Positions 1 to 9,282 of a DNA stretch of 64,000 nt are shown one piece after another (position 1 is the first letter of the stretch; every line of letters starts with the position of its first letter). This DNA comes from Candidatus Dojkabacteria bacterium (lineage in GTDB: Bacteria > Patescibacteriota > Dojkabacteria > B142 > OLB20). The position numbers were made by a program, and so were the translations under genes. The DNA is taken from NCBI GenBank assembly GCA_030583785.1, contig CP129475.1, forward strand, positions 223,559-287,558, in the 5' to 3' direction. Below the pieces are notes generated by a model. The model was not told where the DNA came from. It saw nothing but the letters and a program-made list of their open reading frames with translations, and ran no database searches.

Positions 1-548
1 TGATTATAGGGCCGAATGATAAGTCTAGAGTATATTTCGTAAAGAATTCTGCTTAAGTAGTTTTTAATAATGTTCGGCAGAACCTGCAAAACGGGGAAAT
101 CAAGCTTATCAAAATACTCTATAGTCATGTTGTTGAGCGCGGTTTTTATTTCCCAGGTAGTTTGAGTAATCCAGACCAACGGAATATTTCTAACCCTTGC
201 TGAAATTGATGTGCTGGGTGAAAAACCTGTAACTATACATACCGGCTTAACTTGATCGATGAGCTCAATTTCTGCGTGAACCTGCTTATCTATCTCATTT
301 CTGGAAAAGAGCTCTCCAAGTTTTTTGCCATGATGAATTTTGTATAAATGAATTGTTTTTTTTGTGGTAATACTTGGCTTTAATCTATGGAGTTGGAACC
401 CTTCTTCTCGAATTAGGAATTCAAACTCCCCTCCATAACTAAGGAATACGCATCTGGCTGATTTTTTTATTGCCTTTGCTATTTGAATACAACGAGTTGT
501 TTCGGCAAGATTGTATGTAGCAGGGGCAAAAAGTATTGTTTTCCTCAC
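1..548 (-). CDS. Glycosyltransferase, N-terminal part. It is a GT1/GT28-like fold. The gene runs off the window start, so the C-terminus is missing.
   Basis: Manual reverse-strand translation from GTG at 546-548 gives an uninterrupted frame to position 1: VRKTILFAPATYNLAETTRCIQIAKAI...IVTGFSPSTSISARVRNIPLVWITQ. This resembles the N-terminal Rossmann half of UDP-glycosyltransferases. It is absent from the ORF track because it has no ATG start or stop within the window. Confidence 0.4.
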   Translation of the reverse strand, partial: MRKTILFAPATYNLAETTRCIQIAKAIKKSARCVFLSYGGEFEFLIREEGFQLHRLKPSITTKKTIHLYKIHHGKKLGELFSRNEIDKQVHAEIELIDQVKPVCIVTGFSPSTSISARVRNIPLVWITQTTWEIKTALNNMTIEYFDKLDFPVLQVLPNIIKNYLSRILYEIYSRLIIRPYN

Positions 549-554
549 AATTTT

Positions 555-1217
555 TTACTGTTCTAAAGAAAGACTTTGCCTAACAAAAGTACGTTTCGTG
601 TGTCTAATTTCTTTGTATGAACTTACAATCTGATCTCTGAAATTGCCCAATCTAGAATCATTATATGCAATTGCATTGTCTCTGCCAAACTGATCCATAA
701 TTCTGAAAATGTCTCTTTCACGATAACTATCGTCAATAAACCTGCTTCTTTGACGAGATATCCTTGTTTCTTGCACCACAAGATAATCACTTGCTAAATT
801 CATTAAAGCATGAACTTCGCCTGACTCAATCTTTACTTCTTGTCCTGCAGATAGATGCATTATGGCAAGATCTGATTCTAGGTCTTTTAGAAAAGCAAAC
901 CTATCTTCTTTCCCATTTATTTTGATCTTTGTTGATGAATAGAGCAGAGAAATATTGGATAAAGCCTTCCAATACTCATCATGACCTTCGGAACTACCTA
1001 TTCCGTGCATCTGTAAACTTAGCGCAATAAAACTTTCAGACAAACATGGTCGAAGCCAGATAATCTTTTCGTCCATAAACTTTTCTATAGACAAAAGAAC
1101 GAACCCACCCCAGGGTCTGACTTCTCCCTTAAGCTGGTCATGAAGGTGTGTTCCGGTCTTCTGATAGACAATTCTTTTAACTGCGGTTGGAATTTGTATA
1201 CTCGTTGCAACATTCAT
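555..1217 (-). CDS. Mannose-6-phosphate isomerase type II-like cupin domain protein.
   Basis: RPWGGF...LSLQMHGIGSSEGHDEYW...LVVQE...DDSYRE matches the cupin motifs of type II PMI/GMP C-terminal domains (RPWG, LSLQxHxHRsEhW, IEVQ, EDDIVRfeDdYGR). Confidence 0.5.
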   Translation of the reverse strand: MNVATSIQIPTAVKRIVYQKTGTHLHDQLKGEVRPWGGFVLLSIEKFMDEKIIWLRPCLSESFIALSLQMHGIGSSEGHDEYWKALSNISLLYSSTKIKINGKEDRFAFLKDLESDLAIMHLSAGQEVKIESGEVHALMNLASDYLVVQETRISRQRSRFIDDSYRERDIFRIMDQFGRDNAIAYNDSRLGNFRDQIVSSYKEIRHTKRTFVRQSLSLEQ

Positions 1218-1249
1218 GGAGTGATTATACTATATGATAATTACTCTTC

Positions 1250-1933
1250 ATGAAGATGATCGAACAAAACAAGCAATGGTTATTAGCGACAGCAGGGAAT
1301 GCTTTGATCCTGTTTCTAGTCAGTATAGTTACAGATACTGCTACCGCCGGAAAACTGGCTGCCTACATGGCACTTGTATTTCTCATACTTACATTGATTC
1401 CGGTTAGGGTATTAGGCTGGCTTGCAAACGATTCTAGACTAAAAGAACCCCTAAGACAACTACTTTCGCGTCGTAGAGATTTTGGAATAACTTCAGGGCT
1501 CACAATCCTGATGCACTCGGGCTTAATGATCATTTCATACAGTAGTATTGAAAATCCGCAAGAAACGATTCTATTTACAACAAGCAAAGAGATTCTCCCA
1601 GGACTAGTTGCAGAAGTAGTCTTTTTGATCTTGTTGATTACATCTAACCGGATGCTCACCAGAAAACTTGGCAGCAAATGGAAGCCAATTCACAGGTTAG
1701 TATGGTTGACATTGCCATTAATAGTTTTTCATGCCATCTCGGCTGCCGGGGTATATACAATCAGAAACACCTCAATACTTGCCGTTTCGGCAGTAGCATT
1801 AATTATGCTTGCAGCAATTATTGATTTAATGATTCGACTCTTTCAAAGAAAACCGGTTAGAATCCAGATAACAACGCTAGCTATGCTTACAATCGGCTAT
1901 CTTGCAATAGTATTGTTGCAGATATTCCCTTAA
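1250..1933 (+). CDS. Polytopic membrane protein. It may be a ferric-reductase-like transmembrane domain, with His residues in predicted helices.
   Basis: Multiple hydrophobic helices. Conserved-looking His residues within helices (LTILMHSGL, IVFHAISAAG, KPIHRLVWL). No soluble domain. Confidence 0.3.
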   Translation: MKMIEQNKQWLLATAGNALILFLVSIVTDTATAGKLAAYMALVFLILTLIPVRVLGWLANDSRLKEPLRQLLSRRRDFGITSGLTILMHSGLMIISYSSIENPQETILFTTSKEILPGLVAEVVFLILLITSNRMLTRKLGSKWKPIHRLVWLTLPLIVFHAISAAGVYTIRNTSILAVSAVALIMLAAIIDLMIRLFQRKPVRIQITTLAMLTIGYLAIVLLQIFP

Positions 1934-3354
1934 AGCCTTGGCCAAATTTTCTGGCAATGAGAAATCAGTATGGGATCCTCGAATGCACTAAGTACTAAAT
2001 TCTTGATAGGAGAAGCATCTTTTAGTCTTCCGGCAATGACATTATATTCCTGCCTAATTTGATCTATCATTTCGTTTGCATCAAAATCAGTTCCCATAAA
2101 CCTTGTTAATATTCCAAAACTTACAAACAATTCTTTTAAATCACGAACAAGATCTTCATAAAATAATCTCTCGTTATGTAAAAAACCTTCACCTGAATCA
2201 CTGCGAAGATCTCTTAAGGTAATCAAATCATTGATCGTTACTTGCATTCTATTACCAACCAACCAAGGCATTGCAATATTTCTAGATGTAACCGCTGATC
2301 CCTCAATCTTGTTTGTAGTGTTAAATAGAAAACCGTTTAAGTGGGCGACCGCTACCGTGTGACTAATAGCACTGGCAAATTGTGGTAGCAAGGTGTTGCG
2401 ATTAGTCGCAAGTGATTCTTGCATTATATTCCAGGCTAAATGATGATTAGCTTCTGTTATTTGATAATCTGGTAAATCAATATCTACTCCCCAAGCCATT
2501 TGCAATACTTCCTGCATTCTTCTGTAAACTGAATCAACAGAATCTGCACCCCTAGCAAGTAAATCGGGACCAAGAATCATTATCCCAGATCTTTTGTTCC
2601 TTAGATTTCTATGCAATGGATCATTCTGGATAGCCGTATCATCAAAAAATAATTGAGAAATTAGTTCATTGATCCTTATATCCGGATACATCATCAGCAT
2701 CTGTAATTGTCCAAGCTCATAACCATCTGGGAAAGTATCAACAATAGTATCAGCTGAGTTTGGAAGAACTCCTGTTTCTAGAAACTTAAGCAGTTGTGCT
2801 CGATTATATATTTGAATTATTTGATTTTGCTGGTCCTTCAAATAGTTCCTTCTGATAAATTCCATGGGGTCAATTCCAGCTATTGTTTCAACTGTTATCG
2901 ATTGCAATGGAAAAGCAGCCATGGCTGGCTCTCCAAGTTGCCCATAGACCAGCTGTTGTAATTCCAAAGTTGAAACATACTGCATATCCGCTGCCAAGTT
3001 GCTAAGTAAGAAAAGAACTTCACCATTTCTGACTCTTGCCAAGGTAGTCTCTGGAATTTCAACTCCCTCATAAGGAAAAAGTCCTCCTTTAGTTACAACA
3101 GTTGGTATACAATTACTTTGCTGTCCTAGAGGAAATTGCATTGAACTTCTAAACCCAATTGGCGATCTAGCAGGACTACCATTTGAAAAGAATGGGTGGG
3201 TACCTTTTATGCTCAAATACTGACCTCGTTCCTCGATGAATAAAGTTCCTATGTCTATCTTATAAGCTTCTTGGATATAATTTGCATACCACTCATGAGA
3301 GGCTATGTTAGCAGTTCCATACGCATCAATTATTAGTGGCCTGAGAGATTCCAT
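1930..3354 (-). CDS. Hypothetical protein of 474 aa. No recognisable motif.
   Basis: Long intact ORF with an ATG start and a 4-bp overlap with the convergent upstream gene. No signal peptide or known catalytic signature seen by eye. Confidence 0.55.
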   Translation of the reverse strand: MESLRPLIIDAYGTANIASHEWYANYIQEAYKIDIGTLFIEERGQYLSIKGTHPFFSNGSPARSPIGFRSSMQFPLGQQSNCIPTVVTKGGLFPYEGVEIPETTLARVRNGEVLFLLSNLAADMQYVSTLELQQLVYGQLGEPAMAAFPLQSITVETIAGIDPMEFIRRNYLKDQQNQIIQIYNRAQLLKFLETGVLPNSADTIVDTFPDGYELGQLQMLMMYPDIRINELISQLFFDDTAIQNDPLHRNLRNKRSGIMILGPDLLARGADSVDSVYRRMQEVLQMAWGVDIDLPDYQITEANHHLAWNIMQESLATNRNTLLPQFASAISHTVAVAHLNGFLFNTTNKIEGSAVTSRNIAMPWLVGNRMQVTINDLITLRDLRSDSGEGFLHNERLFYEDLVRDLKELFVSFGILTRFMGTDFDANEMIDQIRQEYNVIAGRLKDASPIKNLVLSAFEDPILISHCQKIWPRL

Positions 3355-3543
3355 ATATATTCATTATAGCAAATATTTTAAAAAATTGGGACTGCTTTGT
3401 TGTATTAAAGCATTTATATTCGCCTAAGAAACATTCAATACGGGGTTTCATATCATAATCATAACAGATTCTTATCCACATAATTTAGAAGTATTTAATA
3501 TTTCTTGTGTCTTCTATTTACTTCTATGATATTATTTTCGTAT

Positions 3544-3617
3544 GCGGGATTAGTACAGGGGTAATACATCTGCTTCCCAAGCAGAGGAGGCGAGTTCGAG
3601 TCTCGTATCCCGCTCCA
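3544..3617 (+). tRNA. tRNA-Gly (anticodon CCC)
   Basis: Cloverleaf found by hand. Acceptor GCGGGAT/ATCCCGC, D-arm GTAC..., anticodon stem TCTGC/GCAGA with loop TTCCCAA (U33, anticodon CCC, A37). T-arm GCGAG-TTCGAGT-CTCGT, discriminator T, encoded CCA. Confidence 0.85.
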
Positions 3618-3622
3618 AATCA

Positions 3623-4360
3623 CTAAGAGATGAATCTACGAATCTCTTCTAAATCCAGATCGATTTTCATATCTCTAAACTGCATTTGTAATTTGTAATC
3701 TTGGACTGTTTGACGAACAAGGATATCAACTCCTTCGGTGTAATCTACACTGTCACCAATTTCACTTAAATTCGGATTTTTTGATCTCTTAAAACCAGAT
3801 AAAGCATAAGCAATAAAGGACATTATAACTGGCTCATGACTACCATTTATAAAATTTGTTCGACTTTCCGGAGTTGTAATTAATGCGAAATCTATTTGTG
3901 TTTCAACAAGTTTAGCAACATTTCGTGCCATCTCGATTGGAGAGTAGTATACTTCTGGTTCTGTACTTTTATCGCCTAAAGCAAAAAACCTTTCCATTCT
4001 TTCTTTTCTCGCAGACGCAGAATCTTCAATCTTATCCCATTTGGCAAAAAATTCACCTTGTATTTTAGAATCCTTGAGGTAATGCAAAAGCCTTGTCTCG
4101 TAGTCCTGAAGATTTGTGTCTTCAATTATCTCTTCTACATCAGTTTCGTTTAGACGAAGATAGCTAGCTGCAAGCCTGATTGTTTTCTTGACTCGATCCG
4201 AGCCACTGTGAAAGAGAATTATGTCTCCTCCGAGGTAGGGTGTCTTTATCCCTTTCTCACGACTTTGTTTTTGTCCTGTAAGAGTTAATTCACCACTTCC
4301 GTCTTTTTCGCCATGCCTGATTAGCGATATTATTGCCGTTAGGTCTTTGTCTTGATTCAT
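3623..4360 (-). CDS. Histidine phosphatase family protein (phosphoglycerate mutase-like, branch 1).
   Basis: N-terminal LIRHGEK motif (catalytic RHG), ~245 aa. Confidence 0.6.
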   Translation of the reverse strand: MNQDKDLTAIISLIRHGEKDGSGELTLTGQKQSREKGIKTPYLGGDIILFHSGSDRVKKTIRLAASYLRLNETDVEEIIEDTNLQDYETRLLHYLKDSKIQGEFFAKWDKIEDSASARKERMERFFALGDKSTEPEVYYSPIEMARNVAKLVETQIDFALITTPESRTNFINGSHEPVIMSFIAYALSGFKRSKNPNLSEIGDSVDYTEGVDILVRQTVQDYKLQMQFRDMKIDLDLEEIRRFIS

Positions 4361-4422
4361 TATTGACTACAACTTATTTACTCTTTAATATACCAGTGCC
4401 ATTATCTTACAGAAATAGCAAA

Positions 4423-5031
4423 ATGAAATTATTTATCGTTACTATTGCTTTATCTCTATTTATTACCGGGTGCACAATGACCGACAATTCAACATCGCCA
4501 AACGCCAATGTAAACGAACAGACCCCTACAGCTACAGAAGCTGAAAATCCTGCAGTTACAGAAAATACTATGGTTGTTTTAGAAACAACAGAAGGCACTA
4601 TCAAACTCGAATTATTCAATTCCACAATGCCAATTACTGCCGGAAATTTCCTAAAACTAGTCGAAGATGAATTTTACAACGGAGTAATCTTCCATCGTGT
4701 AATTCCAAATTTTATGGTACAAGGTGGTGATCCAACCGGAACAGGCATGGGTGGTCCAGGTTACAAAATCAAAGATGAATTCACCACAAACAACAAAAAT
4801 GAAAGGGGTACAATCAGCATGGCAAACGCAGGTCCAAACACAGGCGGTAGCCAATTCTTCATCAATGTTGTGAATAACAATTTTCTTGACAGTAAGCACC
4901 CAGTATTCGGAAAGGTTGTTGAAGGCATGGAGATTGTCGATAAAATCGTTGCAGTTGAAACCGACGGTGCAGACAGACCAATAGAAGAAGTTCGTATCGA
5001 GAAAGCTTACAAAGTTACTACTCCTGAGTAG
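4423..5031 (+). CDS. Peptidyl-prolyl cis-trans isomerase, cyclophilin type. Probable lipoprotein.
   Basis: FHRVIPNFMVQGGDPTGTGMGGPGY...GTISMANAGPNTGGSQFFIN is the cyclophilin signature. The start is placed at the internal Met MKLFIVTIALSLFITGC (lipobox) rather than the ORF-track start at 4333. Confidence 0.85.
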   Translation: MKLFIVTIALSLFITGCTMTDNSTSPNANVNEQTPTATEAENPAVTENTMVVLETTEGTIKLELFNSTMPITAGNFLKLVEDEFYNGVIFHRVIPNFMVQGGDPTGTGMGGPGYKIKDEFTTNNKNERGTISMANAGPNTGGSQFFINVVNNNFLDSKHPVFGKVVEGMEIVDKIVAVETDGADRPIEEVRIEKAYKVTTPE

Positions 5032-5425
5032 GAGCATTAGAAAAATTAAAGTCTTTGCCTGTTAAACGGGTCAATACTTCGATCAAGTTCTTTTCTGGGT
5101 TTCTACCTGACTTAACTGCCAGTTCGTCATGCCAATCTTCGTCTTCGATTACTGTGTATGCAATTATTTTCGTATCTGGACTTACTTCGCGTAGCTTTTT
5201 GGCAACCGCTGATCCGTCTGTATGTTTTTTTTCGAGAAAACTGGAAATAATTGCAATGTCAGGCTTAAGTTTGCCTGATTCAATATCGGCAAAGAGGGTT
5301 CTGGCTTGATTTACATTGCTGATGTGCCTGCGTATTTCTAGCTGCATGTTATAGCAAATTAAATCAACAACTGTGTGATAATTTTCTTCTCCGTCAAATT
5401 GTATTATTACAGGATTTTTTTCCAT
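5018..5425 (-). CDS. Standalone CheY-like receiver (REC) domain protein. The assignment is tentative.
   Basis: ~135 aa after choosing the Met MEKNPVII. Pattern PVIIQFDGEE / KPDIAIIS..DG / IIAYT is compatible with REC beta1/beta3/beta4 positions, though the conserved acidic pair is degenerate. Confidence 0.4.
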   Translation of the reverse strand: MEKNPVIIQFDGEENYHTVVDLICYNMQLEIRRHISNVNQARTLFADIESGKLKPDIAIISSFLEKKHTDGSAVAKKLREVSPDTKIIAYTVIEDEDWHDELAVKSGRNPEKNLIEVLTRLTGKDFNFSNAPTQE

Positions 5426-5438
5426 AGAGTGTATTCTA

Positions 5439-8400
5439 CTATATTGGCAAAGGAAAATCAGCATACCATTCGTCTTTCATGTCCCCGGGGTTGTCGAATT
5501 CGAGATTGATGATCTTTTGATAGACCTCTTTGATTTCGGATGCGAACTTACTCATTTCTTCTTCTGTGAAAGTGAAAGATACTTCTTTGAACTGTCCGTT
5601 TTTGTCCACATCTATAAACTTGATACAGGTACTTTCTACTTTAGTATTTAGATTACTACTCTCGATCAGAAGTTTGTAGAACTTGAGCTGATCAACATAT
5701 TCACCTGTTTTATTTTTTTCAGATATTTTTCCTGACAAATTATCTGGTGAAGATGTCTTGTAATCAACAACCTTGGCAGTGGTTCTATTTGCATCTGTAT
5801 AATCCATACGATCAATCTTTCCTGTAAGGGGAACACCGTTAATCTCGATATCAAATTTGCTAAAGCTGTATTCAGTTAAGGACACTGGTACAAGCAAATC
5901 TTTTTCTTTCTTCCAAAAATGTTCGAGTCTTTTTGAGCCATGATCAAACAATTCTTCTTTACCAGCAATATCAAGTCTAGATTTGTATAGTTCATTCTTA
6001 TAAACCTGCAATAAGTATTCCCAACTAGGCAAGCTGCCTTGCTTCTTTAAATAGTTTACAGCCATATGCATTACTTTGTGAACGCAATTTCCAAAGACAA
6101 TATTTTCGCTGGCATCAAAATCTATAGGTATGCGCAGAATCTTTTCAAAAAAGAACCTGCGTGGTGATTTTTTATAGGCGATAATATCGGTTGGACTTAA
6201 ACGGTAGTTTTCTATTAGGCGTCTAATAAACACCTTGTTTTCTGAGTTTACGATACTCCTTGAGCCCCTTAGCATTTCGGTAGACAACAATTCTTTCAAC
6301 TCATTAGGATCAGAGGTTTCATCAGAATATGCAATTAAAATCTCGGGAATTTCCATAACGAAACGGGCGAGTGTTTGTTCCTTATCTGCTAGTGAATACT
6401 TGTGTGAAGATAAATACACCTTCTTTCTTGCTCTTGTTAAAGCAACAAAAAAGAGCCTGCGTTGTTCATCGAGGTCATTTCTTAACTGCTGATTTTTAAT
6501 GATCCCGAAAGGCACTTGAACATTGGCTGCTCTCTGATCTTTTTCCCAAACATTTTTAACAAGATTCATAATAAAAACATGGTCATATTCGTGCCCCTTT
6601 GAGCTGTGAGCCGTTGTTAACTGAATTGCGTTATCTTTTGCCCCTAATGTCTTTTCATTGATTGTGATTCCGTATTCTTGATACAGGTTCATCTGCTGCA
6701 CAAAATTGCTAAGCATATAATTAGAATTATTTAAAGCCAGAGACTCTAATTCTTTTGCAAAGCGATATAAATGAATAAGTTTTTGCATTGAGTCTTTTTG
6801 CTCCTTTAAGTAAGCAAATATCTCAGAATCAGATCCCTGCATAAGTTTCTTAATAATTTCTGACGCCGTTTCGACCTGTGAATACTTGATTAACTCGCTT
6901 AGATAGTTAGAGATGTTTATTAATCGCTCAACTTCGGTTACACCAGCCAAACTCAGCTTTGCAGAATCTGACAATAATTCCCAAATTGATACTTGTTGTT
7001 TGCTGGAATATCTAATTAAATTGACGAGATCTTTAGCAGATAATCTAAAAAAAGGTAAACAGAGTATTTGATATAGCCTTGCATCACTTAGCGGATCAGA
7101 AATAAATGCAAGTAGGGTAAGGATGCCCTTTATAAACTTATCTGCAAGAATATTGTCACCTTTATCAATTTTATATGCGATATCATGCTTACCTAGCACC
7201 TCTGCCATCTTCGTGATATGTTTATTGTTTCTTACAATTACTGCAATATCTTCCAGTTCGGTTCTAGATTCAGCTAGTAACTTAATATCCTTAACCACTC
7301 CGTAGATTTCTTCAATTTCAGTATCATATGATTTATGGATGATTGGCTCTTCTTTTCTATCTGGATTAGCAGGAATCAAATTCTTATCGACTTTTCCCTT
7401 AAAGACATTACTTGCTCGTTCAGAATTGTTGGAAATAACTGCAGTTGCTGAAGAAAGAATATGTTTTTGACTGCGATAATTTCTGACTAGTGCAATGATT
7501 GCTGATTCTCCAAAACTATCTTGAAAATTAATAATGTTTTCTAAAGATGCACCTTGAAATCTAAAAATCGATTGATCGTCGTCACCCACTGCAAATACAT
7601 TTGGACTTTCGAAGAATTTAGTTAAACTAACAACCACATTATTCTGCGCATTATTTGTATCCTGATATTCATCGATTAGAAGATATTGAAACTTCTCTTG
7701 ATATATCTGCGTCAGCTCTTCGTTTTCGGCAAAAGCTTTAACAACCATATTGATCATGTCATTAAAATCGTATAGACCTCTTTCTGAAAACTGCTTGTCG
7801 TATTGTTGATACACATATAGTAAAGACCTAAATTTCGAAAGTGCCTTTGGAGAAAGATGCTTTTCATAAATAGCTCTTATTGATTTCTTTAGAGCGGTAA
7901 CCGCCTTCTTTGCCATTTTTTCAGATTCAAAATCTCGATTTAGGTATTCATTAATCGTATCAGTGAGTTTTTTAATGATCGGATTTGCTGGGTCGGCATT
8001 TTTTTGAATATGATTATGCAATTCTACGAAGTTATCTCTTTTTAGACTTTTTGCATGAGTAGATATGAGCGCTTCAAGTTCTCCACGAATATCTTTAATC
8101 AAATCGTCAAGTGAACTTATTGTCTGTCCTAAAGTTTTTACATCAATTTGTTCTTGCTTTAGCTTGTCGATTACATCGAGAAAATCTCTGGCATGTAAAT
8201 ATGGAGATCTAACTGGTTTGTATGGATCGTCTGCAGGAAGTGATGCGATTATTGCCCTTATAATTTCGTACTTGGTAATCTCGTTTACTATTCCAGAAAC
8301 CGAATCAATGGAACTAAAATGATATGGGTATTCGTTTATTACCTGAACACAAAATGAATGGAAAGTGTAAATCCCGACCTTGCTCGCCTCTGGTCCGATT

Positions 8401-8663
8401 AACCCAACAAGTCTTGATCGCATTTCATTGACTGCGGCATCAGTGAAGGTAAGACACAGGATGCTGTCTGCACCAAGTTGCGTCTGCTTAATAATATTTG
8501 CAATACGCAAAGCAATGATCTCTGTCTTTCCTGTACCCGGACCAGCAAGAACTAGAACTGGACCTTCGATTGATTCTACTGCTTTTCTCTGTTCAGGATT
8601 GAGTTTAGACAGCCTTTCTGCAAATCTGCTGTTGTAATCTGTTGTAAGATCTGATGTATTCAA
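5439..8663 (-). CDS. UvrD/PcrA-family SF1 helicase fused to a C-terminal PD-(D/E)xK (RecB-type) nuclease, i.e. AddA-like.
   Basis: Helicase motifs: I LVLAGPGTGKTE, II LLIDEYQDTN, III AVGDDDQSIFRFQGA, IV NYRSQ, V LTTAHSSKGHEYDHVF, VI FVALTRARKKVY. C-terminal nuclease motif GKIDRMDY...AKVVDYKTS. Confidence 0.8.
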   Translation of the reverse strand: MNTSDLTTDYNSRFAERLSKLNPEQRKAVESIEGPVLVLAGPGTGKTEIIALRIANIIKQTQLGADSILCLTFTDAAVNEMRSRLVGLIGPEASKVGIYTFHSFCVQVINEYPYHFSSIDSVSGIVNEITKYEIIRAIIASLPADDPYKPVRSPYLHARDFLDVIDKLKQEQIDVKTLGQTISSLDDLIKDIRGELEALISTHAKSLKRDNFVELHNHIQKNADPANPIIKKLTDTINEYLNRDFESEKMAKKAVTALKKSIRAIYEKHLSPKALSKFRSLLYVYQQYDKQFSERGLYDFNDMINMVVKAFAENEELTQIYQEKFQYLLIDEYQDTNNAQNNVVVSLTKFFESPNVFAVGDDDQSIFRFQGASLENIINFQDSFGESAIIALVRNYRSQKHILSSATAVISNNSERASNVFKGKVDKNLIPANPDRKEEPIIHKSYDTEIEEIYGVVKDIKLLAESRTELEDIAVIVRNNKHITKMAEVLGKHDIAYKIDKGDNILADKFIKGILTLLAFISDPLSDARLYQILCLPFFRLSAKDLVNLIRYSSKQQVSIWELLSDSAKLSLAGVTEVERLINISNYLSELIKYSQVETASEIIKKLMQGSDSEIFAYLKEQKDSMQKLIHLYRFAKELESLALNNSNYMLSNFVQQMNLYQEYGITINEKTLGAKDNAIQLTTAHSSKGHEYDHVFIMNLVKNVWEKDQRAANVQVPFGIIKNQQLRNDLDEQRRLFFVALTRARKKVYLSSHKYSLADKEQTLARFVMEIPEILIAYSDETSDPNELKELLSTEMLRGSRSIVNSENKVFIRRLIENYRLSPTDIIAYKKSPRRFFFEKILRIPIDFDASENIVFGNCVHKVMHMAVNYLKKQGSLPSWEYLLQVYKNELYKSRLDIAGKEELFDHGSKRLEHFWKKEKDLLVPVSLTEYSFSKFDIEINGVPLTGKIDRMDYTDANRTTAKVVDYKTSSPDNLSGKISEKNKTGEYVDQLKFYKLLIESSNLNTKVESTCIKFIDVDKNGQFKEVSFTFTEEEMSKFASEIKEVYQKIINLEFDNPGDMKDEWYADFPLPI

Positions 8664-8680
8664 TAGCTACTTTCTTGAAC

Positions 8681-9220
8681 TTAGAATCTAACTGGAACCT
8701 CGACAACATGAATATCTGAACCATCCATTGCCGATTGCGAGTAGAATTTAATATAACCACTGGTTACAGATACTGGAGCCAATACAAATGTTTCTGTGAA
8801 AGCGACTGTAGAACCAGGTTCACCTGCAAGTGTATAGACTTTCTTTTGCAGAACATTCTTAGACGAATCTAGAACATCTACTATCATGTTCCCCTCGAAT
8901 AATCCGGTGGCAAAGCCTTTTACTAATACTGAGCCTCCGACTAGGTCGTTTGCACATGGCTTAGTTACTACGATGCGCTCGTCAGCAGACGAAGTAGAAC
9001 AGCCTGTTGCGCTGGGAGTTGTTGTAACCTCCGGACTTAAAGTAGGTGTTACTGTTGGCAACAAGTTTTGTTGTTTGAGTTCTGATATTTCGTCTTGCAA
9101 GTTTTTGATTGTCACATCTTTATTTGAAGACTGAACAGCAAAGACCACTGCCAAAGTTGATGCAATTGTTGTAGTCAAAACAAGAAATAGAATAAAAGCA
9201 GCAAGCAAGAATCTTTTCAT
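8681..9220 (-). CDS. Membrane-anchored protein with a Gmad2-like Ig-like domain.
   Basis: N-terminal signal anchor, a short coiled coil, then LVGGSVLVKGFATGLFEGNMIVDVLDSS...GYIKF...DGS, which resembles the Gmad2 Ig-like domain pattern. Confidence 0.4.
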   Translation of the reverse strand: MKRFLLAAFILFLVLTTTIASTLAVVFAVQSSNKDVTIKNLQDEISELKQQNLLPTVTPTLSPEVTTTPSATGCSTSSADERIVVTKPCANDLVGGSVLVKGFATGLFEGNMIVDVLDSSKNVLQKKVYTLAGEPGSTVAFTETFVLAPVSVTSGYIKFYSQSAMDGSDIHVVEVPVRF

Positions 9221-9282
9221 AAAATTGAATTAATATTTATGCTCATATTATAGCGTAATCAATAAACAAGGTATAATCAGAA

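Noticed and set aside
300-370. Apparent frameshift at an A8/T8 homopolymer inside the glycosyltransferase gene at the window start.
   Set aside because: Careful base-by-base re-translation of the reverse strand from 548 to 1 gives one continuous frame through the homopolymer (…KPSITTKKTIHLYKIHHGKKLGELF…). My first reading had simply slipped a base. It is a normal ORF truncated by the window edge.
1363-1677. Numerous short antisense ORFs in the six-frame track, nested inside longer conserved genes (for example 1363-1677, 4407-4625, 6235-6492, 9406-9743, 21292-21613, 57240-57488).
   Set aside because: They lie entirely within well-supported genes on the opposite strand or in alternative frames and have no motifs. 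I treat them as shadow ORFs.
3355-3620. Integrative or mobile element at tRNA-Gly.
   Set aside because: No integrase, transposase, recombinase or duplicated tRNA 3'-end att repeat is found nearby.
9221-9282. Sigma-70 type promoter upstream of xseA (TTGAAT ... TATTAT / TATAAT).
   Set aside because: Hexamers are plausible but spacing is suboptimal (15 nt). In AT-rich DNA such matches are frequent, so I do not assert it as a feature.
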